Shown here: positions 1 to 13,100 of the stretch, piece after piece
Position numbering within the stretch: position 1 is the stretch's first letter
Layout of the letters: each line of letters opens with the position of its first letter
Origin: Eledone cirrhosa
Taxonomy: Eukaryota
DNA: 64,000 bases
Assembly: GCA_964016885.1 (NCBI GenBank)
Contig: OZ024743.1
Location: forward strand, 36,332,001 to 36,396,000
Reading direction: 5' to 3'
Made by a program: the position numbers and the translations under genes
The notes under the pieces: generated by a model
Databases searched by the model: none
What the model saw: the letters and a program-made list of their open reading frames with translations, nothing else
What the model was told of the DNA's origin: nothing

Positions 1-99
1 TAATGTTCCTCTACAGTCTTTGTTAATGTTCCGCTATAATCTATGTTAATGTACCTCTACAGTCTTTGTTAATGTTCCTCTACTGTCTTTGTTAATGAT

Positions 100-3000
100 T
101 CCCTACAGTCTTTGTTAATGTTCCTCTACAGTCCCAGTTAATGATCCTCTACTGTCCTTGTTAATGTTGCTCTACAGTCCTTGTTAATGTTCCTCTACAG
201 TCTTTTTAATGTTTCTCTACAGTCTTTGTTAATGTTCCTCTACAGTCTTTGTTAATGTTCCTCTACAGTCCTTGTTAATGTTCCTCTACAGTTTTTGTTA
301 ATGTTCCTCTACAATCTTTGTTAATGTTCCTCTGCAGTCTTTGTTAATGTTCCTCTACAGTCCTTGAGAATGTTCTTCTACAGTCTTTGATAATGTTCCT
401 CTACAGTCCTTGTTAATGTTCCTCTACAGTCCTTGAGAATGTTCTTCTACAGTCTTTGATAATGTTCCTCTACAGTCCTTGTTAATGTTCCTCTACAGTC
501 CTTGTTAATGTTCCTCTACAGTCCTTGTTAATGTTCCTCTACAGTCTTTGTTAATGTTCCTCTACAGTCCTTGTAATTGTTCCTCTACAGTCTATTTTGA
601 TATTCCACTACAGTTATTTGTTAATGTTCCTCTACAGTCTTTGTTAATGTTCCTCTACAGTCTTTGTTAATGTTCTTCTACAGTCGTTGCTAATGTTCCT
701 CTACAGTCTTTGTTAATGTTCCTCTACAGTCCTTGTTAATGTTCCTCTACAGTCTTTGTTAATGTTCCTCTACAGTCTTTGTTAATATACCTCTATAGTC
801 TTTGTTAATGTTCCTCTACAGTCTTTGTTAATGTTCCTCTACAGTCTTTGTTAATGTTCCTCTACAGTATTTTTTAATGTTCCTCTACAGTCTTTGTTAA
901 TGTTCCACTACAGTCTTTGTTACTATTCCTCTACACTCTTTGTTAATGTTCCTCTACAGTCTTTTTTAATGTTCCTCTACAGTCTTTTTTAATGTTCCTC
1001 TACAGTCTTTGTTAATGTTCCTCTACAGTCTTTGTTACTATTCCTCTATAGTCTTTGTTAATGTTCTTCTACAGTCTTTCTTAATGTTCCTCTACAGTCC
1101 TTGTTAATGTTCCTCTACAGTCTTTGTTAATGTTCCTCTACAGTCTTTGTTAATGTTCCTCTACAGTCCCAGTTAATGTTCCTCTACAGTCTCTGTTAAT
1201 GTTCCTCTACAGTCTTTTTTAATGTTCCTCTACAGTCTTTGTTAATGTTCCACTACAGTCTTTGTAACTATTCCTCTACACTCTTTGTTAATGTTCCTCT
1301 ACAGTCTTTGTTAATGTTCCTCTACAGTCTTTGTTACTATTCCTCTACAGTCTTTGTTAATGTTCCACTACAGTCTTTGTTACTATTCCTCTACACTCTT
1401 TGTTAATGTTCCTCTACAGTCTTTTTTAATGTTCCTCTACGGTCTTTTTTAATGTTCCTCTACAGTCTTTGTTAATGTTCCTCTACAGTCTTTCTTACTA
1501 TTCCTCTACAGTCTTTGTTAATGTTCCTCTACAGTCCTTGTTAATGTTCCTCTACAGTTTTTGTTAATGTTCCTCTACAATCTTTGTTAATGTTCCTCTA
1601 CAGTCTTTGATAATGTTCCTCTACAGTCTTTGTTAATGTTCCTCTACACTCCTTGTTAATGTTCCTCTACAGTCTTTGTTAATGTTCCTCTACAGTCTTT
1701 GTTAATGTTCCTCTACAGTCTTTGTTAATGTTCCTCTACAGTCTTTGTTAATGTTCCTCTACAGTCTTTGTTAATGTTCCTCTACAGTCTTTGTTAATGT
1801 TCCTCTACAGTCCTTGTTAATGTTCCTCTACAATCTTTGTTAATGTTCCTCTACAGTCTTTGTTAATGTTCCTCTACAGTCTTTGTTAATGTTCCTCTAC
1901 AGTCGTTGTTAATGTTCCTCTACAGTCTTTGTTAATGTTCCTCTACAGTCTTTGTTAATGTTCCTCTACAGTCTTTGTTAATGTTCCTCTACAGTCTTTG
2001 TTAATGTTCCTCTATAGTCCCAGTTAATGTTCCTCTACAGTCTCTGTTAATGTTCCTCTACAGTCTTTGTTAATGTTCCTCTACAGTCCTTGTTAATGTT
2101 CCTCTACAGTTTTTGTTAATGTTCCTCTACTGTCTTTGTTAATGTTCCTCTACAGTCTTTGATAATTTTCCTCTACATTCTTTGTTAATGTTCCTCTACA
2201 GTCCTTGTTAATGTTCCTCTACAGTCTTTGTTAATATTCGTCTACAGTCTTTGTAAATGTTCCTCTACAGTCTTTGTTAAACTTCCTCTACAGTCTTTGT
2301 TAATGTTCCTCTACAGTCTTTGTTAATGTTCCTCTACAGTCTTTGTTAATGTTCCTCTACAGTCTTTGTTAATGTTCCTCTACAGTCCTTGTTAATGTTC
2401 CTCTACAATCTTTGTTAATGTTCCTATACAGTCCTTGTTAATGTTCCTCTACAGTTCTTGTAAATGTTCCTCTACAGTCTTTGATAATGTTCCTCTACAG
2501 TCTTTGTTAATATACCTCTACAGTCTTTGTTAATGTTCCCCTACAGCCCTTGTTAATGTTCCTCTACAGTCCTTGTTAATGTTCCTCTACAGTCTTTGTT
2601 AATATTCGTCTACAGTCTTTGTTAATGTTCCTCTACAGTCTTTGTTAATGTTCCTCTACAGTCTTTGTTAATGTTCCTCTACAGTCTTTGTTAATGTTCC
2701 TCTACAGTCATTGTTAATGTTCCTCTACAGTCCCAGTTAATGATCCTCTACTGTCCTTGTTAATGTTGCTTTACAGTCCTTGTTGATGTTCCTCTACAGT
2801 CTTTGTTAATGTTTCTCTACAGTCTTTGTTAATGTTCCTCTACAGTCTTTGTTAATGTTCCTCTACAGTCCTTGTTAATGTTCCTCTACAGTTTTTGTTA
2901 ATGTTCCTCTACAATCTTTGTTAATGTTCCTCTGCAGTCTTTGTTAATGTTCCTCTACAGTCCTTGAGAATGTTCTTCTACAGTCTTTGATAATGTTCCT

Positions 3001-6000
3001 CTACAGTCCTTGTTAATGTTCCTCTACAGTCCTTGAGAATGTTCTTCTACAGTCTTTGATAATGTTCCTCTACAGTCCTTGTTAATGTTCCTCTACAGTC
3101 CTTGTTAATGTTCCTCTACAGTCCTTGTTAATGTTCCTCTACAGTCTTTGTTAATGTTCCTCTACAGTCCTTGTAATTGTTCCTCTACAGTCTATTTTCA
3201 TGTTCCACTACAGTTATTTGTTAATGTTCCTCTACAGTCTTTGTTAATGTTCCTCTACAGTCTTTGTTAATGTTCCTCTACAGTCTTTGTTAATGTTCCT
3301 CTACAGTCTTTGTTAATGTTCTTCTACAGTCGTTGCTAATGTTCCTCTACAGTCTTTGTTAATGTTCCTCTACAGTTCTTGTTAATGTTCCTCTACAGTC
3401 TTTGTTAATGTTCCTCTACAGTCTTTGTTAATGTTCCTCTACAGTCTTTGTTAATGTTCCTCTACAGTCTTTGTTAATGTTCCTCTACAGTCTTTTTTAA
3501 TGTTCCTCTACAGTCTTTGTTAATGTTCCACTACAGTCTTTGTTACTATTCCTCTACACTCTTTGTTGATGTTCCTCCACAGTCTTTTTTAATGTTCCTC
3601 TACAGTCTTTTTTAATGTTCCTCTACAGTCCTTGTTAATGTTCCTCTACAGTCTTTGTTACTATTCCTCTACAGTCTTTGTTAATGTTCCTCTACAGTTT
3701 TTTTTAATGTTTCTCTACAGTCCTTGTTAATGTTCCTCTACAGTCTTTGTTAATGTTCCTCTACAGTCTTTGCTAATGTTCCTCTACAGTCCTTGTTAAT
3801 GTTCCTCTACAGTTTTTGTTAATGTTCCTCTACAATCTTTGTTAATGTTCCTCTACAGTCTTTGATAATGTTCCTCTACAGTCTTTGTTAATGTTCCTCT
3901 ACAGTCCTTGTTAATGTTCCTCTACAGTCTTTGTTAATGTTCCTCTACAGTCTTTGTTAATGTTCATCTACAGTCTTTGTTAATGTTCCTCTACAGTCCC
4001 AGTTAATGTTCCTCTACAGTCTCTGTTAATGTTCCTCTACACTCCTTGTTAATTTTCCTCTACAGTCTTTTTTAATGTTCCTCTACAGTCTTTTTTAATG
4101 TTCCTCTACAGTCCTTGTTAATGTTCCTCTACAGTCTTTGTTAATATTCGTCTACAGTCTTTGTTAATGTTCCTCTACAGTCTTTGTTAATGTTCCTCTA
4201 CAGTATTTGTTAATGTTCCTCTACAGTCTTTGTTAATGTTCCTCTACAGTCTTTGTTAATGTTCCTCTATAGTCCCAGTTAATGTTCCTCTACAGTCTTT
4301 GTTAATGTTCCTCTACATTCTTTGTTAATGTTCCTCTACAGTCTTTGTTAATGTTCCTCTACAGTCTTTGTTAATATTCCTCTACAGTCTTTGTTAATGT
4401 TCCTCTACAGTCTTTGTTAATGTTCCTCTACAGTCTTTGTTCACGTTCCTCTAGAGTGCCAGTTAATGTTCTTCTACAGTCTATTTTAATGTTCCTCTAT
4501 AGTCCCAGTTAATGTTCCTCTACAGTCCTTGTTAATGTTCCTCTACAGTCTTTGTTAATGTTCCTCTACAGTCCTTGTTAATATTCCTCTATAGTCCCAG
4601 CTAATGTTCCTCTACAGTCTTTGTTAATGTTCCTCTACAGTCTTTGTTAATGTTCCTCTACACTCCGAGTTAATGTTCCTGTACAGTTCTTGTTAATGTT
4701 CCTCTATAGTCCCAGTTAATGTTCCTCTACACTCCTTGTTAATGTTCCTCTACAATCTTTGTTAATGTTCCTGTACAGTCCTTGATAATGTTCCTCTATA
4801 GTCCCAGTTAATGCTTCCCTACAGTCTTTGTTAATGTTCCTCTACAGTCCCAGTTAATGATCCTCTACTGTCCTTGTTAATGTTGCTCTACAGTCCTTGT
4901 TAATGTTCCTCTACAGTCTTTGTTAATGTTTCTCTACAGTCTTTGTTAATGTTCCTCTACAATCCTTGTTAATGTTCCTCTACAGTTTTTGTTAATGTTC
5001 CTCTACAATCTTTGTTAATGTTCCTCTGCAGTCTTTGTTAATGTTCCTCTACAGTCCTTGAGAATGTTCTTCTACAGTCTTTGATAATGTTCCTCTACAG
5101 TCCTTGTTAATGTTCCTCTACAGTCCTTGAGAATGTTCTTCTACAGTCTTTGATAATGTTCCTCTACAGTCCTTGTTAATGTTCCTCTACAGTCCTTGTT
5201 AATGTTCCTCTACAGTCCTTGTTAATGTTCCTCTACAGTCTTTGTTAATGTTCCTCTACAGTCTTTGTTAATGTTCCTCTACAGTCTTTGTTAATGTTCC
5301 TCTACAGTCTTTGTTAATGTTCTTCTACAGTCGTTGCTAATGTTCCACTACAGTCTTTGTAAATGTTCCTCTACAGTCCTTGTTAATGTTCCTCTACAGT
5401 CTTTGTTAATGTTCCTCTACAGTCTTTGTTAATGTTCCTCTACAGTCTTTGTTAATGTTCCTCTACAGTCTTTGTTAATGTTCCTCTACAGTCTTTTTTA
5501 ATGTTCCTCTACAGTCTTTGTTAATGTTCCACTACAGTCTTTGTTACTATTCCTCTACACTCTTTGTTAATGTTCCTCTACAGTCTTTTTTAATGTTCCT
5601 CTACAGTCTTTTTTAATGTTCTTCTACAGTCTTTGTTAATGTTCCTCTACAGTCTTTGTTACTATTCCTCTACAGTCTTTGTTAATGTTCCTCTACAGTC
5701 TTTTTTAATGTTCCTCTACAGTCCTTGTTAATGTTCCTCTACAGTCTTTGTTAATGTTCCTCTACAGTCTTTGTTAATGTTCCTCTACAGTTCCAGTTAA
5801 TGTTCCCCTACAGTCTCTGTTAATGTTCCTCTACAGTCTTTTTTAATGTTCCTCTACACTCTTTGTTAATGTTCCTCTACAGTCCTTGTTAATGTTCCTC
5901 TACAGTCTTTGTTACTATTCCTCTACAGTCTTTGATAATGTTCCACTACAGTCTTTATTACTATTCCTCTACACTCTTTGTTAATGTTCCTCTACAGTCT

Positions 6001-6700
6001 TTTTTAATGTTCCACTACAGTCTTTTTTAATGTTCCTCTACAGTCCTTGTTAATGTTCCTCTACAGTTTTTGTTAATGTTCCTCTACAATCTTTGTTAAT
6101 GTTCCTCTACAGTCTTTGATAATGTTCCTCTACAGTCTTTGTTAATGTTCCTCTACAGTCCTTGTTAATGTTCCTCTACAGTCATTGTTAATGTTCCTCT
6201 ACAGTCTTTGTTAATGTTCATCTACAGTCTTTGTTAATGTTCCTCTACAGTCCCAGTTAATGTTCCTCTACAGTATCTGTTAATGTTCCTCTACACTCTT
6301 TGTTAATGTTCCTCTACAGTCTTTTTTAATGTTCCTCTACAGTCTTTTTTAATGTTCCTCTACAGTCCTTGTTAATGTTCCTCTACAGTCTTTGTTAATA
6401 TTCGTCTACAGTCTTTGTTAATGTTCCTCTACAGTCTTTGTTAATGTTCCTCTACAGTCTTTGTTAATGTTCCTCTACAGTCTTTGTTAATGTTCCTCTA
6501 CAGTCTTTGTTAATGTTCCTCTACAGTCTTTGTTTATGTTCCTCTACAGTCTTTGTTAATGTTCCTCTACAGTCTTTGTTAATGTTCCTCTACAGTCTTT
6601 GTTAATGTTCCTCTACAGTCTTTGTTAATGTTCCTCTACAGTCTTTGTTAATGTTCCTCTACAGTCTTTGTTAATGTTCCTGTACAGTCCTTGTTAATGT
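100..6700 (+). repeat. Three related higher-order blocks starting near 120, 2720 and 4840 (offsets 2599 and 2117 bp)
   Basis: The rare string CCCAGTTAATGATCCTCTACTGTCCTTGTTAATGTTGCT has its diagnostic A at 144, 2743 and 4860. Each copy is followed by the same order of variants (TTTCTC, CTGCAG, two GAGAATGTTCTT, CGTTGCTA, CCACTAC/TTACTATT). The copies differ by SNPs and monomer number. Confidence 0.85.
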
Positions 6701-7589
6701 TCCTCTATAGTCCCAGTTAATGTTCCTCTACAGTCTTTGTTAATGTTCCTCTACATTCTTTGTTAATGTTCCTCTACAGTCTTTGTTAATGCTCCTCTAC
6801 AGTCTTTTTTAATGTTCGTCTACAGTCCTTGTTAATGTTCCTCTACAGTCTTTGTTAATGTTCCTCTACAGTCTTTGTTAATGTTTCTCTACAGTCTTTG
6901 TTAATGTTCCCCTACAGTCTTTGTTAATGTTCGTCTACAGTCTTTGTTAATGTTCCTCTACAGTCTTTGTTAATGTTCCTCTACAGTCTTTGTTCATGTT
7001 CCTCTACAGTCTTTGTTAATGTTCCTCTACAGTCTTTGTTAATGTTCCTCTACAGTCTTTGTTAATGTTCCTCTACTGTCTTTGTTAATGTTCCTCTACA
7101 GTCATTGTTAATGTTCCTCTACAGTCTTTGTTAATGTTCCTGTACAGTCTTTGTTAATGTTCCTCTACAGTCTTTGTTAACGTTCCTCTAGAGTGCCAGT
7201 TAATGTTCTTCTACAGTCTATTTTAATGTTCCTCTATAGTCCCAGTTAATGTTCCTCTACAGTCCTTGTTAATGTTCCTCTACAGTCTTTGTTAATATTC
7301 CTCTACAGTCATTGTAAATGTTCCTCTATAGTCCCAGTTAATGTTCCTCTACAGTCTTTGTTAATGTCCCTCTACAGTCTTGGTTAATGTTCCTCTACAG
7401 TCCCAGTTAATGTTCCTCTACAGTCTCTGTTAATGTTCCTCTACAGTCTTTGTTAATGTTCCTCTACAGTCCTTGTTAATGTTCCTCTACAGTTTTTGTT
7501 AATGTTCCTCTACAATCTTTGTTAATGTTCCTCTACAGTCTTTGATAATGTTCCTCTACAGTCTTTGTTAATGTTCCTCTACAGTCCTT

Positions 7590-10130
7590 GTTAATGTTCC
7601 TCTACAATCATTGTTAATGTTCCTCTACAGTCTTTGATAATGTTCCTCTACAGTCTTTGTAAATGTTCCTCTACAGTCCTTGTTAATGTTCCTCTACAGT
7701 CTTTGTTAATGTTCCTCTACAGTCTTTGTTAATGTTCCTCTACAGTCCTTGTTAATATTCCTCTACAATCTTTGTTAATGTTCCTCTACAGTCTTTGTTA
7801 ATGTTCCTCTACAGTCTTTGTTAATGTTCCTCTACAGTCTTTGTTAATGTTCCTCTACAATCTTTGTTAATGTTCCTCTACAGTCTTTGTTAATGTTCCT
7901 CTACAGTCTTTGTTAATGTTCTTCTACAGTCTTTGTTAATGCTCCTCTACAGTATTTGTTAATGTTCCTCTACAGTTTTTGTGAATGTTCCTCTACAGTC
8001 TTTGTTAATGTTCCTCTACAGTCTTTGTTAATGTTCCTCTACAGTCTTTGTTAATGTTCCTCTACAGTCTTTGTTAATGTTCCTCTACAGTCTTTGTTAA
8101 CGTTCCTCTAGAGTGCCAGTTAATGTTCTTCTACAGTCTATTTTAATGTTCCTCTATAGTCCCAGTTAATGTTCCTCTACAGTCCTTGTTAATGTTCCTC
8201 TACAGTCTTTGTTAATGTTCCTCTACAGTCCTTGTTAATGTTCCTCTACAGTCTTTGTTAATGTTCCTCTACAGTCTTTGTTAATGTTCCTCTACAGTCT
8301 TTGTTAATGTTCCTCTACAGTCTTTGTTAATGTTCCTCTACAGTCTTTGTTAATGTTCCTCTAAGTCTTTGTTAATGTCCCTCTACAGTCTTTGTTAATG
8401 CTCCTCTACAGTCTTTGTTAATGTTCCTGTACAGTCCTTGTTAATGTTCCTCAATAGTCCCAGTTAATGTTCCTCTACAGTCTTTGTTAATGTTCCTCTA
8501 CGTTCCTTGTTAATGTTCCTCTACAGTCTTTGTTAATGCTCCTCTACAGTCTTTGTTAATGTTCGTCTACAGTCCTTGTTAATGTTCCTCTACAGTCTTT
8601 GTTAATGTTCCTCTACAGTCTTTGTTAATGTTTCTCTACAGCCTTTGTTAATGTTCCTCTACAGTCTTTGTTAATGTTCGTCTACAGTCTTTGTTAATGT
8701 TCCTCTACAGTCTTTGTTAATGTTCCTCTACAGTCTTTGTTAATGTTCCTCTACAGTCTTTGTTAATGTTCCTCTACAGTCTTTGTTAATGTTCCTCTAC
8801 AGTCTTTGTTAATGTTCCTCTACAGTATTTGTTAATGTTCCTCTACAGTCTTTGTTAATGTTCCTCTACAATCATTGTTAATGTTCCTCTACAGTCTTTG
8901 ATAATGTTCCTCTACAGTCTTTGTAAATGTTCCTCTACAGTCCTTGTTAATGTTCCTCTACAGTCTTTGTTAATGTTCCTCTACAGTCTTTGTTAATGTT
9001 CCTCTACAGTCCTTGTTAATATTCCTCTACAATCTTTGTTAATGTTCCTCTACAGTCTTTGTTAATGTTCCTCTACAGTCTTTGTTAATGTTCCTCTACA
9101 GTCTTTGTTAATGTTCCTCTACAATCTTTGTTAATGTTCCTCTACAGTCTTTGTTAATGTTCCTCTACAGTCTTTGTTAATGTTCTTCTACAGTCTTTGT
9201 TAATGCTCCTCTACAGTATTTGTTAATGTTCCTCTACAGTTTTTGTGAATGTTCCTCTACAGTCTTTGTTAATGTTCCTCTACAGTCTTTGTTAATGTTC
9301 CTCTACAGTCTTTGTTAATGTTCCTCTACAGTCTTTGTTAATGTTCCTCTACAGTCTTTGTTAACGTTCCTCTAGAGTGCCAGTTAATGTTCTTCTACAG
9401 TCTATTTTAATGTTCCTCTATAGTCCCAGTTAATGTTCCTCTACAGTCCTTGTTAATGTTCCTCTACAGTCTTTGTTAATGTTCCTCTACAGTCCTTGTT
9501 AATGTTCCTCTACAGTCTTTGTTAATGTTCCTCTACAGTCTTTGTTAATGTTCCTCTACAGTCTTTGTTAATGTTCCTCTACAGTCTTTGTTAATGTTCC
9601 TCTACAGTCTTTGTTAATGTTCCTCTAAGTCTTTGTTAATGTCCCTCTACAGTCTTTGTTAATGCTCCTCTACAGTCTTTGTTAATGTTCCTGTACAGTC
9701 CTTGTTAATGTTCCTCAATAGTCCCAGTTAATGTTCCTCTACAGTCTTTGTTAATGTTCCTCTACGTTCCTTGTTAATGTTCCTCTACAGTCTTTGTTAA
9801 TGCTCCTCTACAGTCTTTGTTAATGTTCGTCTACAGTCCTTGTTAATGTTCCTCTACAGTCTTTGTTAATGTTCCTCTACAGTCTTTGTTAATGTTTCTC
9901 TACAGCCTTTGTTAATGTTCCTCTACAGTCTTTGTTAATGTTCGTCTACAGTCTTTGTTAATGTTCCTCTACAGTCTTTGTTAATGTTCCTCTACAGTCT
10001 TTGTTAATGTTCCTCTACAGTCTTTGTTAATGTTCCTCTACAGTCTTTGTTAATGTTCCTCTACAGTCTTTGTTAATGTTCCTCTACAGTATTTGTTAAT
10101 GTTCCTCTACAGTCTTTGTTAATGTTCCTC
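7590..10130 (+). repeat. Tandem duplication of a 1264-bp unit (55 monomers minus 1 bp)
   Basis: Markers recur at +1264: CAATCATTG (7610/8874), AACGTTCCTCTAGAGTGCCAG (8101/9365), CAGTATTTG (8827/10091). The missing base is the CTCTAAG 22-mer. Confidence 0.92.
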
Positions 10131-13100
10131 TACAGTCTTTGTTAATGTTCTTCTACAGTCTTTGTTAATGCTCCTCTACAGTATTTGTTAATGTTCGTCT
10201 ACAGTCTTTGTTAATGTTCCTCTACAGTCTTTGTTAATGTTCCTCTACAGTCATTGTTAATGTTCCTCTACAGTCTTTGTTAATGTTCCTGTACAGTCTT
10301 TGATAATGTTCCTCTACAGTCTTTGTTAATGTTCATCTACAGTCCTTGTTAATTTTCCTCTATAGTCCTTGTTAAAGTTCCTCTACAGTCCTTGTTAATG
10401 TTCCTCTACAGTCCTTGTTAATGTTCCTCTACAGTCCTTGTTAATGTTCCTCTACATTCCTTATTAATGTTCCTCTACAGTCCTTGTTAATGTTTCTCTA
10501 CAGTCTTTGTTAATGTTCCTCTACAGTCTTTGTTAATGTTCCTCTACAGTCCTTGTTAATGTTCCTCTACAGTCTTTGTTAATGTTCCCCTACAGTCTTT
10601 GTTAATATACCTCTACAGTCTTTGTTAATGTTCCTCTACAGTCTTTGTTAATGTTCCTCTACAGTCTTTGTTAATGTTCGTCTACAGTCTTTGTTAATGT
10701 TCCTCTACAGTCTTTGTTAATGTTCCTATACAGTCCTTGTTAATGTTCCTCTACAGTCCTTGTAAATGTTCCTCTACAGTCTTTGTTAATGTTCCTGTAC
10801 AGTCTTTGTTAATATACCTCTACAGTCTTTGTTAATGTTCCTCTACAGTCCTTGATAATGTTCCTCTACAGTCTTTGTTAATGTTCCTCTACAGTCTTTG
10901 TTAATGTTCCTATACAATCCTTGTTAATGTTCCTCTACAGTCCTTGTAAATGTTCCTCTACAGTCTTTGATAATGTTCATGTACAGTCTTTGTTAATATA
11001 CCTCTACAGTCTTTGTTAATGTTCCTCTACAGCCCTTGTTAATATTCCTCTACAGTCTTTGTTAATGTTCCTCTACAGTCTTTGTTAATGTTCCTCTACA
11101 GTGTTTGTTAATGTTCCTCTACAGTCTTTGTTAATGTTCTTCTACAGTCGTTGCTAATGTTCCTCTACAGTCTTTGTTAATGTTCCTCTACAGTCTTTGT
11201 AAATGTTCCTCTACAGTCCTTGTTAATGTTCCTCTACAGTCTTTGTTAATGTTCCTCTACAGTCTTTGTTAATGTTCCTCTACAGTCCTTGTTAATATTC
11301 CTCTACAATCTTTGTTAATGTTCCTCTACAGTCTTTGTTAATGTTCCTCTACAGTCTTTGTTAATGTTCCTCTACAGTCTTTGTTAATGTTCCTCTACAA
11401 TCTTTGTTAATGTTCCTCTACAGTCTTTGTTAATGTTCCTCTACAGTCTTTGTTAATGTTCTTCTACAGTCTTTGTTAATGCTCCTCTACAGTATTTGTT
11501 AATGTTCCTCTACAGTTTTTGTGAATGTTCCTCTACAGTCTTTGTTAATGTTCCTCTACAGTCTTTGTTAATGTTCCTCTACAGTCTTTGTTAATGTTCC
11601 TCTACAGTCTTTGTTAATGTTCCTCTACAGTCTTTGTTAACGTTCCTCTAGAGTGCCAGTTAATGTTCTTCTACAGTCTATTTTAATGTTCCTCTATAGT
11701 CCCAGTTAATGTTCCTCTACAGTCCTTGTTAATGTTCCTCTACAGTCTTTGTTAATGTTCCTCTACAGTCCTTGTTAATGTTCCTCTACAGTCTTTGTTA
11801 ATGTTCCTCTACAGTCTTTGTTAATGTTCCTCTACAGTCTTTGTTAATGTTCCTCTACAGTCTTTGTTAATGTTGCTCTACAGTCTTTGTTAATGTTCCT
11901 CTAAGTCTTTGTTAATGTCCCTCTACAGTCTTTGTTAATGCTCCTCTACAGTCTTTGTTAATGTTCCTGTACAGTCCTTGTTAATGTTCCTCAATAGTCC
12001 CAGTTAATGTTCCTCTACAGTCTTTGTTAATGTTCCTCTACGTTCCTTGTTAATGTTCCTCTACAGTCTTTGTTAATGCTCCTCTACAGTCTTTGTTAAT
12101 GTTCGTCTACAGTCCTTGTTAATGTTCCTCTACAGTCTTTGTTAATGTTCCTCTACAGTCTTTGTTAATGTTTCTCTACAGCCTTTGTTAATGTTCCTCT
12201 ACAGTCTTTGTTAATGTTCGTCTACAGTCTTTGTTAATGTTCCTCTACAGTCTTTGTTAATGTTCCTCTACAGTCTTTGTTAATGTTCCTCTACAGTCTT
12301 TGTTAATGTTCCTCTACAGTCTTTGTTAATGTTCCTCTACAGTCTTTGTTAATGTTCCTCTACAGTATTTGTTAATGTTCCTCTACAGTCTTTGTTAATG
12401 TTCCTCTACAATCATTGTTAATGTTCCTCTACAGTCTTTGATAATGTTCCTCTACAGTCTTTGTAAATGTTCCTCTACAGTCCTTGTTAATGTTCCTCTA
12501 CAGTCTTTGTTAATGTTCCTCTACAGTCTTTGTTAATGTTCCTCTACAGTCCTTGTTAATATTCCTCTACAATCTTTGTTAATGTTCCTCTACAGTCTTT
12601 GTTAATGTTCCTCTACAGTCTTTGTTAATGTTCCTCTACAGTCTTTGTTAATGTTCCTCTACAATCTTTGTTAATGTTCCTCTACAGTCTTTGTTAATGT
12701 TCCTCTACAGTCTTTGTTAATGTTCTTCTACAGTCTTTGTTAATGCTCCTCTACAGTATTTGTTAATGTTCCTCTACAGTTTTTGTGAATGTTCCTCTAC
12801 AGTCTTTGTTAATGTTCCTCTACAGTCTTTGTTAATGTTCCTCTACAGTCTTTGTTAATGTTCCTCTACAGTCTTTGTTAATGTTCCTCTACAGTCTTTG
12901 TTAATGTTCCTCTACAGTCTTTGTTAATGTTCCTCTACAGTCTTTGTTAACGTTCCTCTAGAGTGCCAGTTAATGTTCTTCTACAGTCTATTTTAATGTT
13001 CCTCTATAGTCCCAGTTAATGTTCCTCTACAGTCCTTGTTAATGTTCCTCTACAGTCTTTGTTAATGTTCCTCTACAGTCCTTGTTAATGTTCCTCTACA

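Noticed and set aside
1-120. More degenerate monomers at the window start suggesting an array edge
   Set aside because: Only about five monomers are involved and equally diverged patches occur internally (e.g. 35270-35830). This cannot be judged without upstream sequence.
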